From a virus, in IMG/VR virus record IMGVR_UViG_3300010354_020206, positions 4,576-68,575 of that record: a stretch of 64,000 bases of DNA. One strand, written 5' to 3'. Under the pieces are notes generated by a model that was given only the letters and a program-made list of their open reading frames with translations, did not search any database and was not told the origin of the DNA. Shown piece after piece: positions 27,337 through 36,900 of the stretch (the stretch's first letter is position 1; the number at the start of each line of letters is the position of its first letter). The position numbers and the translations under genes are program-made.

Positions 27337-29688
27337 TTAAAATAAACTTATTACTGGATTTCTTCTTGGCACAGGCTGGTTTCCATAACTTTGTACTGCA
27401 CCAATGTCTAGCTTCTGAGTTGAATTAGTGCCCTCAAATGAGGTTGGAAGAGCATGGCCAATCAATTGCTCACCACTTCCAGTGGAAGAATTTAATGTAA
27501 AGTCTACATAGTCAAGGCCAATGTGAACAAATGGAGAAGTTGACAATGTAATTGCGCCCACCTGTGATACAACTGCAGGGTTTGACTCAACCTGATTGCC
27601 ACCGTTATTATAATACGCATTATTGTAAATTCTGTTCAATCCGAATGCGAATGTTGTATCCATGTCAATTAAGATACCATGATCTGCACCATTTGTAAAT
27701 AAAGAATTACTTACTACAATGTTGCCTGATTTTCTGAAATTAACTCCAGATTTTGAACAATCATTAATTGTTAAAAAACTTAATTTTGTATCAGTACATT
27801 CATCAGCTATAATCCCATTGCCATTATTAGTTAAGCCTCCAAAAATTTTGTGAAAAATTGAATACTCTACCCTTAAAGACATTGAATTTGCGTAAATTCC
27901 ACAACCTGCAATGTTATCAAAATAACAATTATTTACATTTAAATGATTTGCTGAGCCTACATAAATTCCAGCGGACATAGCTGAGTTAGTTAAAATATCA
28001 CTTACCCTAGTTGATTCGATCCAAATAGCTTGGCTGCTGCCAGTTCCAAAATAAAAAGATGTATGAGCAGAATTATGAAACCAACAATTTAAAATAAGAA
28101 GACTTTTGTTTGTAGATGTTAATAATTTTTCAGCAAAATCATTTCCATCTACTTCAATGTTTATAATTTGTATTTTATCTCCATTGATGTCTATTGCTCC
28201 ACTGCCAGTTGTATAGTCATAAAGAGCAGGACTTACACCAGTGTCAACAATCAAAACAGGCCTATTTGCTCTATCGAAACGAGTAGCTTGATACCCTGAC
28301 AGAGACATGTTTGATAAAACAATAGGTTCATAAAGAGTATAATTTGCAGCTTTCAAGTGTGCAATAGAATTATATGAAAACTCAGTAGAATGCTCATTAA
28401 CACTTAGTAAATTATTAGTTGCACCACCCAAATAACCATATCCACCAGTTGATCCAATTGCTGCTATAAAATAATCGGAGCAAACAAGAGCTTGATTAGA
28501 ATTTACATTTAGAATTTCCAATCTCAAAGAACCTTTATTTTTTAAAAAAGGCGAATAATCTCCATTTCCCCAAATACTAGCAGTATTCCAACTCACGCCG
28601 ATTGCTACTGCTAAACCAGTATCTACATTTGCCCAAGCCAAAGTAGAAGTATTGTATTGGTACAAGTGCATCAAATTTAAATTTTGAAAACCAGTTGACG
28701 TTTTACGACCAAGTCGAACATAATTTGATGCATCAGGAGTTGAATCAAAATTGATTACTATCCAATACCTACCTGGGGACAAATTAGAATTAACAGAAAC
28801 ATCCACCCATTGAGCAGATGAACCCAAAGTATTAGCATTTATTCCCCCACTAGCCAAAATTGTACTCGAGGGGGCACCTGAGTTATTTGTTCTAAGTTCT
28901 AGAAATAAATCTCCTGATGGTGAGCCTACGGCCCATAGCACTGCAGAAATTTGTTTGATAACTTTTGTCTCTGTGATATCAAACCAAGCCGCAAACAAAT
29001 AATTATTTGTTTTGCCAATTTCTACATAATTTGAAACATCAACCAAGGAAGCGGCTTTTGATCTGAAACCTATGTTGTTATTTTCTAAATAAATAAAGTT
29101 TCCGACGTCATTGGCAACAAAATTTCTGTCAGTGCTGATAAGCTGAAAAACATTACCTTTGTCCGGCAAAGCTGAAACTAAAATGCTGGTAAATGATGTT
29201 GAAAATGAATTTAATGATAAATTAGTTCCTATGGAAGAAGCTACTTCACCGCCCCCATAATTTTGCAGTTGTGCATAAGTAGATGAACCAGCTAATTCTC
29301 TAATAAATACTTGATAGTGATCAAATGGATAACCAGGATCTGCAGGTGAGTTTATACTAACTGTTTTTCCATTTGGAATGAAATCTGCATATTCAACTAA
29401 CTCAGATTTTGCTTTGATTTCACCATTGCCGCCAAGCGCTACATAACGGATACCTATGTAATAGGTTCCTCCTGGGAAAGAACCGCCATTCAGCAAACTC
29501 CAAGAAGGTATTCCAGGTTTAAATAAATCAGCATTATCTAATTCTAAATCATCATACGTTATTAACTGATAATTTGAACCATAAGAATAATTTAAGCCTG
29601 CATTCTGGTTAGAACTATTAAAGCCAGCTCCTGATTTTTCTGTACCTGTACTTTTAATTTCCCAGTCTATGTTATGATTAATTGCCAT
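27337..29688 (-). CDS. tail spike/fibre protein with C-terminal right-handed beta-helix
   Basis: Parallel beta-helix repeats (NCWFHN, NNCYFDNI, GIYA, NSLFTN, NNAYYNN) and a DIGAVQ terminus. Confidence 0.7.
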   Translation of the reverse strand: MAINHNIDWEIKSTGTEKSGAGFNSSNQNAGLNYSYGSNYQLITYDDLELDNADLFKPGIPSWSLLNGGSFPGGTYYIGIRYVALGGNGEIKAKSELVEYADFIPNGKTVSINSPADPGYPFDHYQVFIRELAGSSTYAQLQNYGGGEVASSIGTNLSLNSFSTSFTSILVSALPDKGNVFQLISTDRNFVANDVGNFIYLENNNIGFRSKAASLVDVSNYVEIGKTNNYLFAAWFDITETKVIKQISAVLWAVGSPSGDLFLELRTNNSGAPSSTILASGGINANTLGSSAQWVDVSVNSNLSPGRYWIVINFDSTPDASNYVRLGRKTSTGFQNLNLMHLYQYNTSTLAWANVDTGLAVAIGVSWNTASIWGNGDYSPFLKNKGSLRLEILNVNSNQALVCSDYFIAAIGSTGGYGYLGGATNNLLSVNEHSTEFSYNSIAHLKAANYTLYEPIVLSNMSLSGYQATRFDRANRPVLIVDTGVSPALYDYTTGSGAIDINGDKIQIINIEVDGNDFAEKLLTSTNKSLLILNCWFHNSAHTSFYFGTGSSQAIWIESTRVSDILTNSAMSAGIYVGSANHLNVNNCYFDNIAGCGIYANSMSLRVEYSIFHKIFGGLTNNGNGIIADECTDTKLSFLTINDCSKSGVNFRKSGNIVVSNSLFTNGADHGILIDMDTTFAFGLNRIYNNAYYNNGGNQVESNPAVVSQVGAITLSTSPFVHIGLDYVDFTLNSSTGSGEQLIGHALPTSFEGTNSTQKLDIGAVQSYGNQPVPRRNPVISLF

Positions 29689-29776
29689 TTGTGTTTTTTC
29701 TAGATTGATTTACTATTTAATTCAAGCTTAAATGGTTTGAATTCCTTCATTTGTATAAAGCATTAAGGAGTATAAC

Positions 29777-30922
29777 ATGGGTTTATTATTTTTAGATTCA
29801 TTTGATGATAGATATTTTGCAGCAGGTTCTTCCTATGCATCTTACCACGCAAAATGGGATGATATTTCAGAAGATGCGGCAGGTGGTTATTTATTAGAAC
29901 AAGTTACGGGTAGAACTGGTAAAGCTTGTAAATTAGGGGGCAATTCTTATCTTAATAAAACTGGACTCAATATCGTATTTCAAGCTTTGACTTGGGGTGT
30001 AGCATTAAAAGTAACATCTGCTCCCGTATCGGAAACATCAATTGTAACAGTCAAAATAACATCAGGGCTAGATACATATTACATAACATACAAGCTTTTG
30101 GCAAGCTTATATGTTAAAGTTTATGATACAACTGGATTGGAATTGGCAACATCATCATCGGCATTAAGCTTAAATACTTTTTATTACATTGAATCTTCGG
30201 TTGACATTAGTGGCTCGACTATTACCTTATATAAGGATGGTTCCAATTGGTTTTCTGTGCCAAATGTAGCTCCTGCTGCTTTGGTCGAAGCAACTATTGA
30301 TGCAATTAAATTCAGTGGTGGAATTACTATTGATGATCTTTATTTAACCAATAACAACTCTTCAAGATTAGGCTCAATTAAAATAGACGCAGTGGTGCCA
30401 AATGCAAATACTTCACTTACAAGAGCAAATCCATGGACCGCAAATTATACAAATGTAGATGAATGTTATCAAGCTAACCACGATGGAACGACAACTTATG
30501 ATGTTAGCAATACAGCTTCTCCAAGTAGTGTTTCATATAATTTCACTGATGCTTCATCAATGAACTTGTATGGAATACAATCATGTTGTTGGGTTTCTTC
30601 CTATAAAATTACTGGATCTCCCGGCAACATTACTTTTAGTGCAATCACAAATGTTTCAGGCACAGATTACGAATACGCAACAACAAAGATTTTGGCCCCT
30701 AGTAGTCCTGCTGTGTGGTCATTATTGAGGGGAGTTTGGGAAAACAACCCAGCAACTTCCACATCTTGGACAACTTCAACTTACAATAGTGCGGAATTTG
30801 GAGTAAAATCATCAGGACATGTATCAGGACAAAGTTCTGGCTATTTGACTGCAATTACATTAGAAATGGGTTACATAGCTACAGCACCTGAAGCAGGCTC
30901 CAGAGTATTCATTATCTCTTAA
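29777..30922 (+). CDS. beta-sandwich/lectin-like virion protein
   Basis: MGLLFLDSFD, LSLNTFYYIE, IDDLYL, WENNPATSTSWT...AEFGVK patterns typical of phage tail-associated proteins; AGGAG RBS. Confidence 0.6.
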   Translation: MGLLFLDSFDDRYFAAGSSYASYHAKWDDISEDAAGGYLLEQVTGRTGKACKLGGNSYLNKTGLNIVFQALTWGVALKVTSAPVSETSIVTVKITSGLDTYYITYKLLASLYVKVYDTTGLELATSSSALSLNTFYYIESSVDISGSTITLYKDGSNWFSVPNVAPAALVEATIDAIKFSGGITIDDLYLTNNNSSRLGSIKIDAVVPNANTSLTRANPWTANYTNVDECYQANHDGTTTYDVSNTASPSSVSYNFTDASSMNLYGIQSCCWVSSYKITGSPGNITFSAITNVSGTDYEYATTKILAPSSPAVWSLLRGVWENNPATSTSWTTSTYNSAEFGVKSSGHVSGQSSGYLTAITLEMGYIATAPEAGSRVFIIS

Positions 30923-33900
30923 TCATAGAATACAGTAATGTGAACTTCTGTGACACTTGTTTGAGTACTCATTTCTAACCATATGAAACTGTTCGCAGCA
31001 GCATTAGCATTTGCAAATGTTGTTGTTACATTGCCGGTGGTAGTACTCGTTGTAGATTGCGTAGCACTAAATACTGCAGTTCCCGAAGTTCTATCTGTTC
31101 CGTAATAAAGCTGCCAAGAAGATGTGGCTGAAGTTCCTCTAATCACTGAAACAACTTTAGTGAATTTGATTGCAGTATCTGTGTAAAACATAGTAATTCT
31201 ATCCGAGCTTGTAGGACTTAAGATAGTAACAGATTTGCTATTTGGTTGGACAGTTACAGAATAATCACTTGTTATAGAATCTGGAGCCTTTAACGTTACA
31301 CTATTCGAGCCGTTTGCAGCCAATTCAAAGAATTTAATTCCATAAGTATTTCCAGCACTAGCACCATAGGGCTGCAAATTCATAGATGTAGTGCCCACAG
31401 TTAGCAAAGCTGTGGCAAATGTGGAATAAACTTCAAATAAATTTACAGACTGTGATGTAGTTCCTACAACTCTGAGTGGAGTTACAGTTGCCCCCTGAGC
31501 AGAAATTGTTAAATGCTGGCCTGATGCAGAATAGTCCATTGCAGTTGCTGTAGTTATTGCACCAGTGGTTGAACTAGTATTACTAATTAAAATTTTACTA
31601 GTTGTAAATGAAGTTGCTCCTGTACCTCCATTAGATACAGACAAAGTGCCAACACTAACAGTGCCAGAAGATGCTGATAGTGCACCTGATGCCGATCCTA
31701 ATACTAAGCTTCCTGGAATTGATACAACGCCAGAAGAATCTATTTTAAATCTATCTGTGAAAGATGCTGTACCAGTATCAACAGAAGACTTCCAAACTAA
31801 AGTCGCTAAAGGAGAAGCTCCACTCGTTACCTGAACTTCTTGTCTAAATCTTGCAGTGTTGTCAGCAGCAGCTGGTGTGGTATTCCAAACATGTCCAATA
31901 AATTCAAGAGCTGGTGAATGTTGAGCGGTTACCAAATTAGTAGCTGAAGAATTATTGGCTATCTGTAGGCCTAAGTAAGAATTTGTAGCTATATTATTTT
32001 TTGTTATTGCTAAATTGGAGGTTGTAGTATTAGATGATTGTAAGGTTAATCTTTGATCAGCGCCAACCCATGTAAAATTATTATCTGTACCAATGTTACC
32101 GGTATTATTGCCATACATAATTCTATTAGCACCGATGGATGAAACACCAGTGCCACCATTGGCAACTGATAATGTTCCGACACTAACAGTACCTGATGAA
32201 GCTGACAATGCTCCGCTTGCAGAACCAACTACCAATGACGAGGCAGTAATTGTTGCTGCACTAAAATTACCAGAACTGTCTCTTGAAACAATTGTGCTAA
32301 CAGTGTTAGCACTAGTAGCGTTACTGGTGACAGTGAACGTCGTATTTACTGATGTATTAGCTGAAAAACTTGCAGATCCCGATAATCCAACTCCTGAGAC
32401 TGCCAGAGTCAATGAAGCATCTTTGATGTCGCCTGCAACCGCTATAGTATCAGTTGATGTTGGCAATGTTAGAGTATTGCTGGAAGGAGTAGATGATGCT
32501 TTGATTAAAGTTGTACCACTAGTTGTGCCACTGAAAATCAATCCTCCTGTTCCAATTGTTTTATTTGCAAGTGTTTGAGTATTGCTTAAAGTTGCCACTA
32601 CAGTAGTGTCTACAGAGAAACTTGTACCTGTTAAAGTAATACCAGTGCCATTGGTGTAAGTAGTATTGGTATCAGTGGCTGAAAGAGTTCCTGCTGAGAA
32701 TGTTAAATTTGATCCAATAGTAACACTGCTGAAGCCACCAGAACCATTTCCATATAAAATTGATGTGCCACTAGTGACAGGAGCATATAAAGATGACAAA
32801 GAAGGAATGTCATTGGCGACAAGAGCCCTGAAAGATGGCGCAGTTGCTGAACCTGTAGTTGGGCCCGCAAATACATAATTAGCAGTTGCTGTAGTAGTTC
32901 CAATTCCACCACTAGAAATAGCAAGGGCATTTGTTAAACTTAAAGTTGTAATGTTGGTAGTTGATAGGTAAGAGGTTGAACCAACTCCTAAGCCACCTGT
33001 AACAACTAAAGCGCCAGAGGTTGTTCCAGATGAAGTCTGAGAAGAGTTTATAGTTACTATACCAGAACTAGAAATTCCAAACTGGCTAGAATCAGAACTA
33101 TCTACTATTGATAATAGGGGTTGTGATTGTGATACAGCCCCCTTTAATTTTAATGGGGTAACAGTAGCGCCACTCGCAGTGATTGTTAAATTGTTTGAAG
33201 ATGTTGAATAAACTACTGCGGAAGCCGACAACAAAGAACCAGTTGTGGTTGAACCGCTAATTATCATAGTACTGGTATTAGAAAATTCGGATGTACCTGT
33301 GCCGCCGTTTTCTACAAGTAACTGATTAGTAACTGCTGCTGATTTTGATAAATCTATAGCTCCAAAAGCTGGCGCTCCTCCTGCTCCTGGTATTCTCAGA
33401 ATTTGATCAGCAGTGCCTGATGTTGTAATGAAGGCACTTGTACCATTCCCTAAAATAACTGAATTTGTAGTAAATGTAGTTGCACCAGTTCCACCATTTG
33501 CCACCGTTAAAGCTGTGGATAAACTAACTGTTCCATTAATAGTTATGTTACTTGTTCCAGAAGTTGTGCCAACGACAATTGTTACAGAGCCTGTACCAAA
33601 TGCTCCAATGTTAATGAATTTAGTAGCTGAACCAGAATGAGAGAACAAATTTAACGTTGAAGTGCCACTTGCACTATTATTTGCAGCCGTGGTCCCAATG
33701 TTAAAAATCGAAGTGGCATTAGTTCTGTGTAATAAATCAATTTGTTGGGCCGAAGTGCCAAAAGTAATAGTGCCTGTACTAGTATCTAAAAATGCAACAT
33801 TCGCAACACTTGATCTTATTCTTCCAGAATTCAAATTTATTATAGTACCGGATCCAGCCGCTCCAGATGCTAATGTAATTGTTGTTGCGTTGGAAGCTGT

Positions 33901-36900
33901 AAAAGCAGTGCCGCTGAAAGCGAATGAAGGATTTTGTATCGTTGCGGTTCCAGAAGATGTAGTTCCTAAAGTAACAGTTGTAGCTGACGAAGCAACTAAA
34001 CTAGTTCCTGTAACATACACATCTTCTAAATAAGAATCTGAGCTTACTCCTATGCCCCCTGTAACTACTAAAGCTCCTGTAGAAGTGCTTGATGCAGCAG
34101 TTGAATTGGATAAAGTTAAAATACCTGTAGATGAGATAGTAACTAGAGAAGCATCAGAAGAATTTGTTATCTTCATCAATGGATCTGACTGTGAAGCTAT
34201 TCCTTTCAGAACTAAAGGGGTAGCTGTTGTTGAACCAGCAGTAATTAATAAATGGGGGCCTGTAGATGAATAAGTTAAGTAAGTAGCATCATCTACTACA
34301 GTTGAACCATTAGAATCTTTATAATAAGCTAATTTATATTGATCGCCTGCACTGACGGTTCCAGAACCAGAACCAGATGCGTCGTTGGCCCATGATAAAG
34401 TGACAACTCCAGAAGTTGGAGCAGATGCAGATAAAACTTGCCCGCTTGTTGGGGCCGATGATGGTAAAACATAAGTATAAGATGTTGTTATTGAATCTGG
34501 GGCTTTCAATCCAATATATTCAGAACCTGACAATTCTCCAAATCTTAATTCAAATGTGTTCCCGGCGCTTACACCATGTGGTGAGAATAAAAGATTTGAT
34601 GTTGAATGAATTATGTTAGCAGATGTTTCTATAACGCCAGTAGTAGACAAAGAATTACTGATCAAAAGTCTGCTGGTTACAAAAGATGAAACACCAGTGC
34701 CACCATTTGTAACAGAAAGAACACTAGTACCCACTGTAGCAGATGAAGCTAAATTGATACTTCCAAAGCCAATACTTGTGCCACTTCTTCTTAAAATTTG
34801 ATGATCTGTAGCAGCAATTATTTCGCCAAAATTTCCAGCACTATCTGTATTTCTGCCAACAACTGACAGACCAGACGCGTTTGAATTAACGATTTTAGCA
34901 AACGTTATTGCATTGCTAGAAATTGTAGCCGCGAATGAACTAGTTCCTGAGCCTGTGACATCACCTGTCAAAGTAATTGTTTGATCGCCTGAGTTAGTTC
35001 CTGAAATTATTGAAGTTGTAGAAACAGTTAAGTTTCCTGACAAAGAAATAGTTCTATTTTCATTATTAACACTTAAATTAAGTGTCCTGTCCTCTGTAAG
35101 ATTTTCCGAATCAGTAATTTTTAAATAATGAGATGATAATGTGTCATCCCTTAAATGTATGTCACCAAAATAAGCATTTTGCGTAGAAGATGTAGAATTT
35201 GATAAAGCATCAGTGATTCCATAGCCAGATAACGTAGTAGGTTTAGAAGTTATGTTTGAAAAAGCAGGCGAAATAGTAGAAGCAACACCAATTGAAGTAA
35301 TTCTGCCCTTGGAATCAACAGTAAACGGGGTAATAGAAGTTGTGCTGTTATTGTATGTTCCAGCAGTTACACCAGATGCTGCTAATGTAGCAGCAAAAGA
35401 AGAGGTTCCTGAGCCTGTAACATCACCTGTCAAAGTAATTGTTTGGTCACCAGTGTTAGTACCAGATAACGTTGTATCACCACTCAAAATTATTGTTCGA
35501 TTAAAGTCTCCTGTGTTTATACTAAGAGTTCTAGTTGTTGATAAATCTGCTATATTTAAAATCTGCAAATAATTGCTTGGATTAGTAGTTGTATCGTATA
35601 AATTAACATTCCCAAAATATCCAGATTGAGTTGAAGAAGTGGAATTTGACAAAGCGTCAGTAATTCCATACCCGGATAGTGTAGTAGGTTTAGAAGTAAT
35701 ACTTGAAAAAGAAGGAGTCAATGTTACAGTGCTTCCTGTAGAAGTTATTCTACCTTTTGAATCCACTGTAAATGGAGTAATCGAAGTTGTACTATTATTA
35801 TACGTTCCAGCAGTTACTCCCGAAGTTGATAAAGTTGCGGCAAAAGAAGTCGTTCCCGAACCTGTAACATCACCTGTTAAAGTAATTGTTTGGTCACCAG
35901 TGTTAGTACCTGAAATTTCAGAATTAGCTGCAATTGTTAAAGTTCTATCTCCATCATTTGTTTTTATGTTCAAAGTTCTAGAAGTAGAAAGATTATCAAA
36001 ATTTACTATTTGAAGATAACGTCGTGTAGCATTAGTATCACTTTCTAAAAGATAAATGCTGTTAAAATAACCATCTTGAGTAGAATTTATGGCACTTGAT
36101 AAAGCCCCCAAATTTGTTAAAGCCTCAGCAGCTGTAGATGCATTAGTGCCTCCACTTGCTATTGGAAGTTTACCAGAAATTGCTGCAGCTTGATCTAAAC
36201 TAACAGTCCCCCATGTGGGAGTTCCGCCTGAGCCTGACACAAATACTTTGTATTGACTTGAAGTAGCAGTTAATGTTACTGCAGACGTACCTGTGCCAAC
36301 TAGCACAGCATTGGATGTTAGAGATGAAGTGCCTGTGCCCCCTTTACCTACAGTGAGCGCATCGCCTGAAATGTCTGTAAATGTTAAAGCCCTAAATGTT
36401 GGTGCAGCAGCAGCGCCTGTAGTTGGCCCAGCTAATACTGTGTTGGCGTTTTGATTTGCTAATGTGACTGTTAGAGTGCCTGATGTTGTTACTGGATTAT
36501 TGCTGACAGTAAAAATATTAGGCATACTTAAATCTACACTAGTAACAGTTCCATTGCCAGTTCCAGCCCCAATGGCAGTTCTAAAAGCAGCGCCAGTAAG
36601 CAAGTTAACAGATGTTGTGCTTATCTGTATGTATCTAATTGCAGTTGTAGACAATGTAAATAAAGCATCACCAAGAGCTGAAACTCCCAAATCTGTTCTA
36701 AAATCAGAGGCAGATCGTGCCGTTACAGTATTGTCAGAATTAATTCGAATGAATGTTGTTGCGCCTGGGTTGCTAAGAGTAAAAATGTTAGAGCCTACGG
36801 TATTTGCACCTAAATCAGCTCTAAAATTACTAGCGCTTTGTGCTGTGACAGTATTGTCTGCATTGATTCTTATAAAACTAGTAGATCCTGGATTACTAAG

